A DNA stretch of 64,000 nt. It comes from Cohnella sp. Lineage in GTDB: Bacteria; Bacillota; Bacilli; Paenibacillales; Paenibacillaceae. Below, piece after piece: positions 11,706 to 22,371 of this stretch. The notes beneath the pieces were generated by a model. The model worked only from the letters and a program-made list of their open reading frames with translations, was not told where the DNA came from and did not search any database. How positions within the stretch are numbered: position 1 is the first letter of the stretch; each line of letters starts with the position of its first letter. Where the stretch lies: contig NZ_JBEQAP010000031.1 in the NCBI RefSeq assembly GCF_041640265.1, positions 3,008 through 67,007 on the forward strand, read 5' to 3'. The position numbers were made by a program, and so were the translations under genes.

Positions 11706-12890
11706 TTATGGAATATAGAGCACTTGGCCTTCCGATAAGTAGGGATCATGCAGCCGATTATATAGCTGGAGCTCTCGGGACTGAACATTGTATCTATTTG
11801 CAATCAGCTCAAGTGTTTCTTCACGTTGAACGATACACATCTTTACTTTTCGGAAGGAATGGGCTTCACCGCCGTTGTTTAAGAACAGGCTGGTCCATTC
11901 TAATTCATCCTCTGCGCTAAGAGCTATATTGTTCATAGCTTGAGCCTTCTCCTCTGCTTGAGCGGCTTCCATCAGCTTCAAATCCGCTTCTCGCTTTGCT
12001 CCCTTTTCTCCCAATTGAGACAAAAGACCGACTCCGAATTGCTGTTGTTGTACGGACTCTAGCGGCTTACCACCCAGAGCGACTCTTAAGTCGGGCTTCT
12101 CCTCGATTGCTTCTTCAACATAGGGCTGCGGGTCCGACTCTGCGGGAGCTTCGTTCGTCAAGTCTCCCCATAACGAGGCTGTTATGGGCTTCTCCTCTTC
12201 AGGCTCCGCATAGACTCTCGTGTCTTTCCTAGACTCCTCTAAGTTTTGAAACATCGCAAGCCAGCTGCTTTCTTTAGATGCTTCTAGCGGCAATTCCTCC
12301 GTCTCCGCTTGCAAGCTCCAATCGTCAACACGTTCCTTCTCATCCAAATCCGCATTTACGGCAGAAACATAGTCGTCCGACGCAAGAGAATCCGACTCAT
12401 TCAAAGCAAGCTCATCATGACTCCTCTCGGAGTTCGGAAGCTGATCTTCTGGCCGAGTCTCTAGCTCCGGCTCCGCCTGATGCACAACCGTAAAGCTATC
12501 GTCGCGCCATATTGGCGTTTGCGGAGCTTGAGCCTGCAGTCCCCGCAATGCTAATACCCCCGTTACATTCAAGGAACGGTTCGATATCAAATCCACATCG
12601 AAATTATCAATTTCCACAGCTAATTCTTCTACGCTCTGAATCCGATTAAGCGGGAGCGAGATTTCTACCGGTATCCAATGCTCTAACTGAGATACTTCAG
12701 ACAATTCTTGTGACCGGTAAACTCCATTCAACAGCAAATGTCCTCTTAGAAGCACTTGATCATCCTGCGGCAGCACCTGCATATGAGGCACCAATTCAAT
12801 TTCTTCCAATTCTTCAATAGCGGCCACATCGTCAGGCAGATGCACACGTTCATAAATATCAAATCGTAAACCGTTCAGCTGGTCCGTCAC
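11706..12890 (-). CDS. spoVID: SpoVID-like spore coat morphogenetic protein with C-terminal LysM
   Basis: N-terminal LRFDIYERVHL domain, acidic linker, LysM (CIVQREETLELIANRY...GQVLYIP); lies between hemL and valS as in B. subtilis. Confidence 0.75.
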   Translation of the reverse strand: MTDQLNGLRFDIYERVHLPDDVAAIEELEEIELVPHMQVLPQDDQVLLRGHLLLNGVYRSQELSEVSQLEHWIPVEISLPLNRIQSVEELAVEIDNFDVDLISNRSLNVTGVLALRGLQAQAPQTPIWRDDSFTVVHQAEPELETRPEDQLPNSERSHDELALNESDSLASDDYVSAVNADLDEKERVDDWSLQAETEELPLEASKESSWLAMFQNLEESRKDTRVYAEPEEEKPITASLWGDLTNEAPAESDPQPYVEEAIEEKPDLRVALGGKPLESVQQQQFGVGLLSQLGEKGAKREADLKLMEAAQAEEKAQAMNNIALSAEDELEWTSLFLNNGGEAHSFRKVKMCIVQREETLELIANRYNVQSRELQLYNRLHDPYLSEGQVLYIP

Positions 12891-12951
12891 GACGAAGTCC
12901 TCCTTTCGACATGGACGCCTTATTGACTGGCGTCTTTACAATTCACTAATT

Positions 12952-12981
12952 ATCTATATGCTGCTGTAAGTCGGGCATGCC
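12952..12981 (-). promoter_or_regulatory. SigE-like promoter
   Basis: GCATGCC...CATATAGAT upstream of the spoVID-like gene. Confidence 0.55.
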
Positions 12982-12994
12982 TGCCAATGTGGAG

Positions 12995-13035
12995 AAAAAA
13001 CAAACAACCCCCTCTTGGGCTAAGGGGGTTGTTTG
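12995..13035 (-). terminator. Intrinsic terminator
   Basis: 13-bp stem CAAACAACCCCCT/AGGGGGTTGTTTG plus T6 on the - strand. Confidence 0.75.
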
Positions 13036-13121
13036 CAGCTGCAGGTCAAAATCTGTACGCCGGATCGAGAAGCAAAGTGTCTGCAGATACAAAATTGAAC
13101 CTACAGCATCGCATTGTGCTC

Positions 13122-13172
13122 AAAAAAAAAAAAAAAAAAAAAAAATCAGGCTCCCCAAGAGAGGGCAGCCTG
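13122..13172 (-). terminator. hemL terminator with a 24-nt T tract
   Basis: CAGGCT...AGCCTG stem followed by T24 (A24 at 13122-13145 on +). Confidence 0.8.
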
Positions 13173-13189
13173 GTTGAAAACACACTTAA

Positions 13190-14491
13190 CTATAGTACAA
13201 GTAATGCTTCTTTGTGAGCTGCAATGGTCAGATCGATGTCATTGTCTGTGTGGGCGGTGGATACGAACATACCTTCGAACGGAGAAGGAGCGATATTTAC
13301 GCCGTTATTTAGAAGCCCGCTGAATACAGTACGGAAATGCTCTGAATTCCCTAGCTTAGCCACTTCGTAATTGATGACATGTTTATCAGTAAAGAAAGGA
13401 CAAACCATGGAACCAACGCGGTTGATTGTCATTGGAACGCCAGCTTCCTGTGCATTCTTCTCCAAACCTGAATGCAGACGGTTCGAAAGTCGCTCCAATA
13501 GCTGGTACGCTTCCTCGGTCATGAGCTTGAGTGTTGTATAACCCGCAGCCATAGCCAGAGGATTACCGGACAATGTCCCCGCCTGATAGATCGGACCAAC
13601 GGGTGCCATCTGCTCCATGATCTCTCTTCGACCGCCGTAAGCTCCGACAGGCAGCCCTCCGCCTATAACCTTGCCTAAGCAGGTCAAATCCGGCGTAATG
13701 CCATATAAGCCCTGCGCACAATTGCGATGTACGCGGAAACCCGTCATAACCTCATCAAAGATCAATAAGCTTCCATAGGAGAGGGTCACATCACGTAATC
13801 CGGATAGAAATCCCGGAAGTGGAGGAACAACCCCCATGTTACCCGCTACAGGCTCTACGATAATCGCTGCAATCTCCTCGCCATAACGTTCGAACGCCAG
13901 CTTAACAGCCGTTAGGTCGTTATATGGGACCGTTAGCGTATGAGCGGCAACGCTTTCTGGAACCCCAGGGCTATCCGGCAGCCCAAGAGTAGCCACGCCA
14001 GAGCCTGCTTTAATCAGCAAGCTGTCCGCATGCCCATGATAGGAGCCTTCGAACTTCAGGATTTTACTCCTTTTCGTATAACCGCGAGCCAATCTTAATG
14101 CACTCATTGTGGCTTCTGTTCCGGAATTAACCATTCGCACGACATCTATCGAAGGGACACGCTCACAGACAAGCTCCGCCATCAACGTTTCCAGCTCAGT
14201 TGGAGCTCCGAAGCTCGTGCCTTTCTCAGCTGTACGCTTGATCGCATCCACAACTTCCGGGTGCGCATGTCCTGCAATCAACGGCCCCCAGGAAAGCACA
14301 TAGTCAATATAAGTCTGTCCATCAATATCCGTGATCCGGCTGCCTTCCCCTCGTTCAATGACAAGAGGAGTCAGTCCTACGGATTTAAAAGCCCTAACCG
14401 GACTATTTACCCCGCCTGGAATAACCTGTTTTGCTCGTTCAAAGGCTGCTTTGGACAGGGAGTCAACTCTTGTTCGATGTTTTTCGCTCAT
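13190..14491 (-). CDS. hemL: Glutamate-1-semialdehyde 2,1-aminomutase
   Basis: [19 protein letters not shown] and LGKVIGGG (PLP lysine); start may be GTG 14500. Confidence 0.96.
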   Translation of the reverse strand: MSEKHRTRVDSLSKAAFERAKQVIPGGVNSPVRAFKSVGLTPLVIERGEGSRITDIDGQTYIDYVLSWGPLIAGHAHPEVVDAIKRTAEKGTSFGAPTELETLMAELVCERVPSIDVVRMVNSGTEATMSALRLARGYTKRSKILKFEGSYHGHADSLLIKAGSGVATLGLPDSPGVPESVAAHTLTVPYNDLTAVKLAFERYGEEIAAIIVEPVAGNMGVVPPLPGFLSGLRDVTLSYGSLLIFDEVMTGFRVHRNCAQGLYGITPDLTCLGKVIGGGLPVGAYGGRREIMEQMAPVGPIYQAGTLSGNPLAMAAGYTTLKLMTEEAYQLLERLSNRLHSGLEKNAQEAGVPMTINRVGSMVCPFFTDKHVINYEVAKLGNSEHFRTVFSGLLNNGVNIAPSPFEGMFVSTAHTDNDIDLTIAAHKEALLVL

Positions 14492-14598
14492 ATTCGACAC
14501 ATCCTACTATCTGAATTGGAAAAGGCTGTGGTAAACTTAAAGAAAACAAGCACTTTTCATCTTACATACTTTATCCCATTGGAATAGGAGAGTAGATC

Positions 14599-15261
14599 AT
14601 GATTGAATGGCTGAAAAAAGTTTCGCTTTTCGATAACCTCGACGATGATCAATTGACTCATATTCTAACAATTGCCCATCGGCGATCGATTTCTCCTGGC
14701 TCGATTCTTTTTCACGAGAAAGATATGGGAACGACCTTCTATGTGGTATTATCAGGCTCCATTAAGCTCTTCACCAAAAGCAATACTGGAGAAGAGAAAG
14801 TACTATCCCTCGTAAATAGCGGTGAGAGCTTCGGTGAATTATCGCTGCTCGATGGCCGTCCACGTTCAGCCACAGCTCAAACGCTAGAAATGACAAACGT
14901 GTTAGAGCTCTCCTCAGATCAATTCATGGATTTATTGCAAACCCATTTCGATATCACTCGGGGCATATTGGCCGAGCTTTGCCGGCGTTTACGTCAAACG
15001 AACGACCACGTGAACGATCTTACTTTCTTGGATGGACGTACCCGAGTTCTCAAGAACCTGATTACCCTCGCTAACAAAAACGGCAAACGGGATGGAAACC
15101 TAATCTCCATTCACATGTCCCTAAATTACGACGAGCTAGCTCAGATGGCCGGCGTAACCAAAGCAGTACTCACCGAAGTCATTCGGGAATTGGAAACTCG
15201 AGGCGTCCTTCAATTCGGTATTAATGAGTATAAACTGAATCTGTTAAAGCTTCGCGGGTAG
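14599..15261 (+). CDS. Crp/Fnr family transcriptional regulator
   Basis: cNMP-binding cassette GESFGELSLLDGRPRSATA and C-terminal HTH; RBS AGGAG. Confidence 0.9.
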   Translation: MIEWLKKVSLFDNLDDDQLTHILTIAHRRSISPGSILFHEKDMGTTFYVVLSGSIKLFTKSNTGEEKVLSLVNSGESFGELSLLDGRPRSATAQTLEMTNVLELSSDQFMDLLQTHFDITRGILAELCRRLRQTNDHVNDLTFLDGRTRVLKNLITLANKNGKRDGNLISIHMSLNYDELAQMAGVTKAVLTEVIRELETRGVLQFGINEYKLNLLKLRG

Positions 15262-15291
15262 CTGAAGGCTGCCCCTCATCGATTAAACCTA

Positions 15292-16284
15292 TTACTCCTC
15301 TTGCAGCCAACGCGCCGCGTCTTTGGCGTGGTAAGTAATAATCAAATCCGCACCTGCTCGTTTCATGCCGATTAATGTCTCCAGCACGATAGCCCGCTCG
15401 TCGATCCAACCTTGCATAGCCGCAGCTTTAACCATAGAATACTCCGCGCTAACGTTATAAATAACGATTGGCACCTCATACCTATCCCTTAGCATTCTAA
15501 CGATATCCAGATATGCAAGTCCCGGTTTCACCATTAGAAAATCTGCGCCTTCCTCAACGTCGGATTGCGCCTCCCTCAGCGCTTCACGAGCGTTGGCAGG
15601 GTCCATTTGATAGGTTTTCCTATCGCCGAATTGGGGCGAGGAATGTGCAGCCTCGCGGAATGGCCCGTAATAAGCCGAAGAATATTTGACGGCATAGGAC
15701 ATGATTGGCGTGTTTGTAAATCCTGCTTCATCTAGACCTTGGCGAATGGCGGTAACAAACCCGTCCATCATATTGGAGGGAGCAATAATATCTGCCCCCG
15801 CGCTAGCCTGTGAAACCGCAGCTTTGGCAAGAAGCTCCAGAGAATCGTCATTCCCGATTTCGGCTCCGCATTCCGTTGTATGGACAACTCCGCAATGGCC
15901 ATGGTCCGTAAACTGACACAAGCAGGTGTCCGCAATGACGACAATTCCTGGATGTAATGCTTTTATTTTACGAATCGCCCTTTGTACAATGCCATTCTCT
16001 TCGATAGCGGATGTTCCTGCAGCGTCCTTATGATCTGGCACTCCGAATACGAGGACGGCATGAATACCTAAAGCTTCGATCTCGTCTAGTTCCTGCTCCA
16101 AGGTATCAAGCGACCAATGGAACACACCTGGCATAGAAGGAATTTCTTTCTTTACGCCTTCACCTTCCGTTACGAAGATTGGCGCAATGAAGTCACTGAT
16201 TCCAATAGTTGTTTCTCTGACCAAGCTTCGCAAGCCTGCCGAGCTTCGCAAGCGACGATGTCTAACATGGGGAAAAGTCATCAA
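15292..16284 (-). CDS. hemB: Porphobilinogen synthase
   Basis: [14 protein letters not shown] Zn motif, MVKP and YQMDP. Confidence 0.97.
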   Translation of the reverse strand: MMTFPHVRHRRLRSSAGLRSLVRETTIGISDFIAPIFVTEGEGVKKEIPSMPGVFHWSLDTLEQELDEIEALGIHAVLVFGVPDHKDAAGTSAIEENGIVQRAIRKIKALHPGIVVIADTCLCQFTDHGHCGVVHTTECGAEIGNDDSLELLAKAAVSQASAGADIIAPSNMMDGFVTAIRQGLDEAGFTNTPIMSYAVKYSSAYYGPFREAAHSSPQFGDRKTYQMDPANAREALREAQSDVEEGADFLMVKPGLAYLDIVRMLRDRYEVPIVIYNVSAEYSMVKAAAMQGWIDERAIVLETLIGMKRAGADLIITYHAKDAARWLQEE

Positions 16285-17838
16285 TCAATTTTCTCCTTTC
16301 AAAGCGCTGCGTTTATCCACCAATGCTTTTACTAATCCATCAATTGTATAATTCTCGGGAACAATCGTTACTTTCAGGCCATTCTCTTCAGCCGTGCGGG
16401 CCGTCACCGGACCTATACAGGCTATCTCGATTTTTTGCAGTGCTTCAGCGGGATTCTGCACGCCTAACTGACGTAACGCTTCAAGCAGATTAATAACCGT
16501 TGAGGAGCTTGTAAAGGTAATAACATGGATTTCTCCATTCTCAAGCATCTCGGGAAGCCACAGATCTTTTGGTGCAGATAGCTTCGTCTCGTAGACATCG
16601 ATCTCAACAGCTTCGACTCCACGTTGTTTAAGCTCCTGAGGCAATGTTTCTCTTGCCAAATCCCCCCGCGGAAGCAGCGCCTTCTGACCTGGCTTTATCA
16701 TGCTGTCTATACTTTGCAGCAAGCCCTCCGCTCGAAAGCTCTCGGGTAATAGATCCGCACGTATGCCGCGCTTAGCGAGTACTTCTGCCGTCTTAGGTCC
16801 CACTGCGGCGAATTTAGCACGGGCAAACGATCGAATATCCAACCCGAGATGATCAAGCCAATGATAGAAAAACTCCACTCCATTGACACTAGTCAAAATG
16901 ACCCAATCATAGGATTCCGCTTGCAGTAAAGCCTGTTTAATCGTTTCCTGCTTTGCCAGAGATTGAGGCAACCGTGTTTCAATGACAGGGAACTCATACG
17001 TTTCTCCGCCTAAATCATCGATTTTTGACACAAGTTCACTCGCTTGCGAACGGGCTCTTGTTACGAGTATTCTTTGACCGAATAATGGCTTCTTCTCCAC
17101 CCACGCCAACGTCTGACGTTGGTGAACGACTTCTCCGACGATAATGACGGCAGGGGGCTGTATATTCGCTACTTTTACCTTCTCATCGATATCGGCTAAC
17201 GTGCCAACGAGGGTTCTTTGCTCTGCCCGGGTTCCCCACTGCACAAGCGCAACAGGGGTTTCCGGAGATCGTCCGTGCTTCATTAGTTGCTCGCTTATAT
17301 AACCGATTTTGGCGACTCCCATGAGAAATACTAGAGTGCCCGTCGCATTCGTAACCTTATCCCAATAGATGGAGAGGTCTAACTTGTCCGGACTTTCATG
17401 ACCTGTTATAACAGAAAAGGATGAGGCCAAATCTCGATGAGTCACAGGTATTCCAGCATAAGCGGGAACGGATATGGCAGAAGTAATGCCTGGAATAATC
17501 TCATAAATAATATCGTTTTTCTGGAGTAAGTCCGCTTCTTCCCCTACTCGTCCAAAAACAGTCGGATCGCCGCCCTTCAAGCGAGCAACGGTTTTTCCCT
17601 GAAGAGCCAAATCGACCAGCAGTTGATTAATCTCCTCTTGCTTCATAGTGTGGCGGTCGGGCAGCTTTCCGACATAAATACGCTCCGCGTCGGGCCTTGC
17701 ATGGTTTAGGAGCTGCGGACCTGCCAGTCGGTCGAACACCACAACATCTGAACGTTGCAGCGCTTCAAGTCCACGAACGGTAATCAGCTTCGGATCCCCC
17801 GGTCCTGCACCAATCAAATAAACTTTTCCTTTGGACAT
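16285..17838 (-). CDS. cobA: Uroporphyrinogen-III C-methyltransferase / uroporphyrinogen-III synthase fusion (CobA-HemD)
   Basis: GAGPGD and RLKGGDP in the N-half; ILVTRA, TSVNGV and FTSSST in the HemD C-half. Confidence 0.93.
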   Translation of the reverse strand: MSKGKVYLIGAGPGDPKLITVRGLEALQRSDVVVFDRLAGPQLLNHARPDAERIYVGKLPDRHTMKQEEINQLLVDLALQGKTVARLKGGDPTVFGRVGEEADLLQKNDIIYEIIPGITSAISVPAYAGIPVTHRDLASSFSVITGHESPDKLDLSIYWDKVTNATGTLVFLMGVAKIGYISEQLMKHGRSPETPVALVQWGTRAEQRTLVGTLADIDEKVKVANIQPPAVIIVGEVVHQRQTLAWVEKKPLFGQRILVTRARSQASELVSKIDDLGGETYEFPVIETRLPQSLAKQETIKQALLQAESYDWVILTSVNGVEFFYHWLDHLGLDIRSFARAKFAAVGPKTAEVLAKRGIRADLLPESFRAEGLLQSIDSMIKPGQKALLPRGDLARETLPQELKQRGVEAVEIDVYETKLSAPKDLWLPEMLENGEIHVITFTSSSTVINLLEALRQLGVQNPAEALQKIEIACIGPVTARTAEENGLKVTIVPENYTIDGLVKALVDKRSALKGEN

Positions 17839-17842
17839 CCGG

Positions 17843-18781
17843 TTATTCCCTCACTTCCGACAATATGGTATCCGCTCCGCGGCGAAGCAGCGCTTGCGCC
17901 GCTTCTAAGCCTACCTCACGAGGATCAGAGCCGGTAACTGTTTCTTTTAACATTCGTTCTCCATCCGGTGATGCTACCATTCCTGTCATCATGATAAGAG
18001 CGTCTGCAGCATCGGATTGAACTTGCGCATAGGCTCCAATTGGGACTTGGCAGCCACCATTTAACAAGCCAAGCAAACGTCTCTCAGCTGCCACTGTCCG
18101 CTCGGTAACAGGATCGTTTAGCAGGCTCAATAGCTCAAGCACGCCTTCATCATCCTTTCGGCATTCAATCGCAAGGGCACCCTGACCGACGGCGGGCAAA
18201 CAAATCTCTGGAGGAAGGTATGCTGTAATCCGATCCTTCCACCCCATCCTGTGCAACCCCGCTGCCGCAAGCAAAATGGCGTCAAAGCCTTCTTCCTTAA
18301 GCTTACGCAGTCGGGTATCTATATTGCCTCGTATGGACTCGATGCGAAGATCCGGGCGGTAAGCTTGCAGCTGGGCGCCCCGCCTTAAGCTGCTTGTTCC
18401 TACTTTGGCTCCTTTGGGCAGATCATCTAGGCTAAGGTTATCCTTGCTTATCAGACAATCCCGGGGATCCTCTCTTTTGGGTACCGCCCCAATCATTAGA
18501 CCTTCCGGAAGCTCAAAAGGCATATCCTTCATGCTATGTATAGCCAAGTCGATTTCTTGATCCATGAGCGCTTGTTCAATCTCTTTAACGAAAAGTCCTT
18601 TACCCCCTACCTTAGACAACGTGACATCCAAGATACGATCTCCACGAGTGATAATGGGCTTTACTTCGAACGTGCAGGAAAAACCTGCACCGGCACACAG
18701 TTCTTGGAGCAGCTGTATCGTTTGATTCGTTTGTGTCAGTGCTAACGTACTTTGTCTTGATCCGACAATGATGTTGCGCAT
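17843..18781 (-). CDS. hemC: Hydroxymethylbilane synthase
   Basis: [21 protein letters not shown] and GGCQVP motifs. Confidence 0.96.
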   Translation of the reverse strand: MRNIIVGSRQSTLALTQTNQTIQLLQELCAGAGFSCTFEVKPIITRGDRILDVTLSKVGGKGLFVKEIEQALMDQEIDLAIHSMKDMPFELPEGLMIGAVPKREDPRDCLISKDNLSLDDLPKGAKVGTSSLRRGAQLQAYRPDLRIESIRGNIDTRLRKLKEEGFDAILLAAAGLHRMGWKDRITAYLPPEICLPAVGQGALAIECRKDDEGVLELLSLLNDPVTERTVAAERRLLGLLNGGCQVPIGAYAQVQSDAADALIMMTGMVASPDGERMLKETVTGSDPREVGLEAAQALLRRGADTILSEVRE

Positions 18782-18785
18782 TTTG

Positions 18786-19442
18786 TCACTTTCCCTTCCG
18801 GTCATTTACACGTTGGCGTAATCGGGCTAGAAGCTTTTCTTTGTCTTGAAGCCATGCCGCGGATCGCCATTCCTCTAACGCCTCAGCTGTAACTGCAGCT
18901 TGAAGAAGATCGCGTCGTTCAGCCAAATCCAATACCTCATCTTTTACAACTGCGCGGATTGTTCTTATGGTTTCTATATGCTCTTGGTACTCCGGACCAT
19001 ATTGTTCCGAGAGCTCTCGAATAATTCTGGCTGCCATAGCAGGGCCTGCACCGGATGCGCTTGCCGTTAATACTAATCCCCCCCGTCTAACAACTGCGGG
19101 AGTGAGGAAGTCTCCTTGTTCACCAGCATCTGCTATGTTAACGGGAATCCCGCTTTTTCGAGCTAATTCCGCTATCCAATTATTTATCTCCAGACGATCC
19201 GTTGCCGCGAATACGAGCACGGCACCCTCAAGATCCTCTTGCACCGCTTCACGCTGGGTGAATTGCAAGCGTCCTGCCTCTGCCCATGATTGCAACGTTG
19301 GGGTAGCCTGAGGGCTGACAATATAAACATCCGCTTTGGCTTGCAGGAGCCCATCGATTTTCCGCTCAGCCACGGCACCCCCGCCGAAGACAACGCATTT
19401 TCGCCCTTCTACCTTCAGCATAACAGGATACCACTCAGTCAT
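18786..19442 (-). CDS. Precorrin-2 dehydrogenase (SirC/CysG N-terminal family)
   Basis: GGGAVAERK Rossmann motif, VNIAD, GDFLTPA. Confidence 0.88.
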   Translation of the reverse strand: MTEWYPVMLKVEGRKCVVFGGGAVAERKIDGLLQAKADVYIVSPQATPTLQSWAEAGRLQFTQREAVQEDLEGAVLVFAATDRLEINNWIAELARKSGIPVNIADAGEQGDFLTPAVVRRGGLVLTASASGAGPAMAARIIRELSEQYGPEYQEHIETIRTIRAVVKDEVLDLAERRDLLQAAVTAEALEEWRSAAWLQDKEKLLARLRQRVNDRKGK

Positions 19443-19494
19443 CGGATTGGCTCCTCTCGAGAATAGGTCGGGTTGTTAACCTGTCTTGCAGCTG

Positions 19495-20316
19495 CTATAT
19501 CCAGCGATGAAACGAGGACACTGAACTCGCAAAGAAGCCCACAACCAATAAAGCATAACCCAGTAAATTCCACATAGCCAGCTTTGCCCCATCATCTCGG
19601 GAAACGATTCTTCGAATAATATAAAACACGTATAAAATCCCTGCGGCAAAAGATAATACGACTCTCTCATCTAATAGCTGAGCTGGGCTATCCTTAATCA
19701 GCAAAGCGACTGTACCCGTAGACAAAGACAACAGCAAGAGCGGAATCCCTATTAGTCCTGCACGATAAGCAAATCGATCCAACCATTCCAAACTAGGCAT
19801 TCTGCTCATTACATGTGTCCATTTCTTAGCCTTCAGCCCTCTATGCAAAATGAGATACATCACCCCAAGAAGCGCTGTAATTGTAAGCACCGCGAAGGCT
19901 AATGTAATTAGACTGACATGGACAATCAACAGCCGTCTTGCAACCTCCCAAGGCTCGAGCTCAAGATTCTGCTTTTTTAGTCCAATTAAATTCAGTGCCA
20001 GCACCGCGAATCCAACGACGTTAACGAGAAGCACCAGCAGCTCAGCCCGGAGCAGGCGATTCAGTATGAAGGACGCCGAGACAAGCAACCATGACACGAA
20101 GAACAAATAATCTCTCAAGGTTAAGGCCGCAGATGAGAAGCGCTCCAGCAAGAGGAACAGCAGAAAAATGGTTTGTACAACCCAAACAAAAACAAGCAGC
20201 CCTGTTCCTACCTTTCTCGCGCTCCGGTTGCCGGAAGCGGCATCGGACACGAAAAATAAGAGGCTCAGGGCATAAATATAAAGTACTGCGTCAGTTAACC
20301 AATCTTGCGTTATCAT
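19495..20316 (-). CDS. hemX: HemX / cytochrome c assembly (CcsA-like) membrane protein
   Basis: Multiple TM helices, HVSL and MPSLEWLD, directly after hemA. Confidence 0.75.
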   Translation of the reverse strand: MITQDWLTDAVLYIYALSLLFFVSDAASGNRSARKVGTGLLVFVWVVQTIFLLFLLLERFSSAALTLRDYLFFVSWLLVSASFILNRLLRAELLVLLVNVVGFAVLALNLIGLKKQNLELEPWEVARRLLIVHVSLITLAFAVLTITALLGVMYLILHRGLKAKKWTHVMSRMPSLEWLDRFAYRAGLIGIPLLLLSLSTGTVALLIKDSPAQLLDERVVLSFAAGILYVFYIIRRIVSRDDGAKLAMWNLLGYALLVVGFFASSVSSFHRWI

Positions 20317-20343
20317 GGGGGCAACGCCTCCCGCATTCCTTGC

Positions 20344-21759
20344 TTATCTCAGTGCGCTTACCAGCTGGGACAGCAAATTCTGAGCATCTAATACAGAGTT
20401 TGAGGCAGTATCCGTTTCTTTGGTCGAAGCCGCATGTTCCTTACGAGAGATCTTCTCGGCTTTTTCTTCCGCCTTTAGATGTGCCACTTCGTTCTCCAAA
20501 GCGAACAGCTGAACGAATAGCTTCAACGCTTCGTCGCTTCGCTTCTCGGCAGCCAGCTCTTTAATGCGCAATATCGGATCATGAATAACTTGATTAACTA
20601 TGCTTTTGGTTAGCTTGCGTATAACCTTGACCTGCCGTTCATCCAGCTCCGGCAGCTTTCTGAGAAGATTGTCTAACGTCGTTTCTTGAATGGCTGCTGC
20701 TTTTTCTTGGAGCGCACGGATCACAGGGCTGACACCTAAGGTCGAATACCATAGCTGATAGATCTCCTGTTCTTCGGCAATCATGTCCTCGATAATGGCG
20801 GCTTCCTTGCGACGCTTAGCCATATTCGTTTCTACAATCCCTTCCAAATCGTCAATATCATACAAAAAGACGTTTGGAATATCTCCGCAAGAGGGTTCAA
20901 TATCACGCGGCACGGCAATATCAATAAGGAACAATGGCTTTTTCTTACGGCCAGCCATTGCAGCTTCAATGTGCTTACGCGTTAAAATGAATTTATCAGC
21001 GCCTGTGCTGCTGATTACGATATCGGTATCCTTCAAACGGTCGATCGCTTCGTCCATAGCCATTGCAGAGCCCTTAAACTTCTCGGCTAACTCCTGTGCC
21101 TTTTCCAACGTGCGGTTAACCACGAATACTTCTTTTGCGCCATTGCTATGAAGATGCTGTGCGGTTAGCTCACTCATCTTGCCTGCACCGACGATCATAA
21201 CCTTCTTGTCGTCAAAACGTCCGAATATCCTTTTGCCCAGCTCTACGGCCGCATAACTGACAGAAACCGCACTCTCTCCGATCGACGTTTCCGTATGCGC
21301 GCGTTTAGCCATGGTAATAGCTTGCTTGAACAAGCGATTAAACAAGGTTCCTGTCGCTTTCTGCTCTTGCGCTAGGAAGAAAGCATCCCGCACCTGTCCT
21401 AATATTTGGGTTTCGCCGATAATCATAGAATCCAATCCGCTGGTAACGCGGAACAGGTGCTCAATGGCCTGATCATCTTCATACATATAGAGATGAGAGT
21501 TGAACTCCTTACGTGAAATCTTGAACCATTGCTCCATGAAAGCGCGAATGTAGTGTCCGCACAATTGCGCGCGGTCCACGACCGCATATAATTCCGTTCG
21601 GTTGCAGGTTGCCACAATAACTCCCTCGAGAATACCCGTTGTTTGCTTCAAGGCTTCTAAGGCAAGCGGCATCTCCTGTTCCGACAACGCAAAGCGTTCC
21701 CGCACTTCAACGGGGGCCGTACGATAGTTCAGTCCAACGACAATAAGATGCACGAGCAT
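20344..21759 (-). CDS. hemA: Glutamyl-tRNA reductase
   Basis: TCNRTE, GETQILGQ, GAGKM and DIAVPRD motifs. Confidence 0.97.
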   Translation of the reverse strand: MLVHLIVVGLNYRTAPVEVRERFALSEQEMPLALEALKQTTGILEGVIVATCNRTELYAVVDRAQLCGHYIRAFMEQWFKISRKEFNSHLYMYEDDQAIEHLFRVTSGLDSMIIGETQILGQVRDAFFLAQEQKATGTLFNRLFKQAITMAKRAHTETSIGESAVSVSYAAVELGKRIFGRFDDKKVMIVGAGKMSELTAQHLHSNGAKEVFVVNRTLEKAQELAEKFKGSAMAMDEAIDRLKDTDIVISSTGADKFILTRKHIEAAMAGRKKKPLFLIDIAVPRDIEPSCGDIPNVFLYDIDDLEGIVETNMAKRRKEAAIIEDMIAEEQEIYQLWYSTLGVSPVIRALQEKAAAIQETTLDNLLRKLPELDERQVKVIRKLTKSIVNQVIHDPILRIKELAAEKRSDEALKLFVQLFALENEVAHLKAEEKAEKISRKEHAASTKETDTASNSVLDAQNLLSQLVSALR

Positions 21760-21925
21760 TCACCTGCCTTTCTGTTTGGGAGTATAGGACTAACCTGATT
21801 GCTAACGATTATTATAGCATATTATGAAAGCCTCGTTATTCGCAAATATGAAAACTTTATGAAAACATTCACTCTATTCTAATCTATTGTCGGCGTCTTG
21901 GGACTTGAATATTCCTACAAAGTTG

Positions 21926-21958
21926 AAAAAAGCTATGAGGCGTCTGCCTCATAGCTTT
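21926..21958 (-). terminator. speD terminator
   Basis: AAAGCTATGAGGC-GTCT-GCCTCATAGCTTT. Confidence 0.85.
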
Positions 21959-21969
21959 CAATTCCATCG

Positions 21970-22371
21970 TTATTTAACGAGTTCGACCTGCTTCATCACC
22001 GGCTCTTCGACTTGCATTTCACCGATGCCACGGATCAATTTCTTCGCATAAGTTTTTTCCGGTTTAAGGACATTGACCAGATAGTCAATTGCCGCTTGCG
22101 GATCCACGGTATCACCACAAGTATAACAATCAATTGCGGCAAAACCTTTCTCAGGATACGTGTGAATGGAGATGTGACTCTCCGACAGCAATACCAATAC
22201 CGTTGCGCCTTGTGGTTCGAATTGTTTCGCTTGAACCGAGAGAACTGTTGCGCCGCATGCCTCGGCTGCTTCAACCATGTGCGATTGGAGAAGTTCTGCA
22301 CTATTCAATAATTCAATGTTTCCTCCCCATGTATCAACCGCAACGTGCCGTCCGAAAGTTGAGTATTCCAT
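21970..22371 (-). CDS. speD: S-adenosylmethionine decarboxylase proenzyme
   Basis: LSESHISIHTYPE pyruvoyl cleavage motif and DCYTCG. Confidence 0.96.
   Translation of the reverse strand: MEYSTFGRHVAVDTWGGNIELLNSAELLQSHMVEAAEACGATVLSVQAKQFEPQGATVLVLLSESHISIHTYPEKGFAAIDCYTCGDTVDPQAAIDYLVNVLKPEKTYAKKLIRGIGEMQVEEPVMKQVELVK

Noticed and set aside
12977-13323. Poly-Lys ORFs in three frames
   Set aside because: By-products of the A24 run, overlapping terminators and hemL
21803-21830. PerR box at hemA
   Set aside because: Only about 10/14 match in AT-rich DNA and explained by the -10 element
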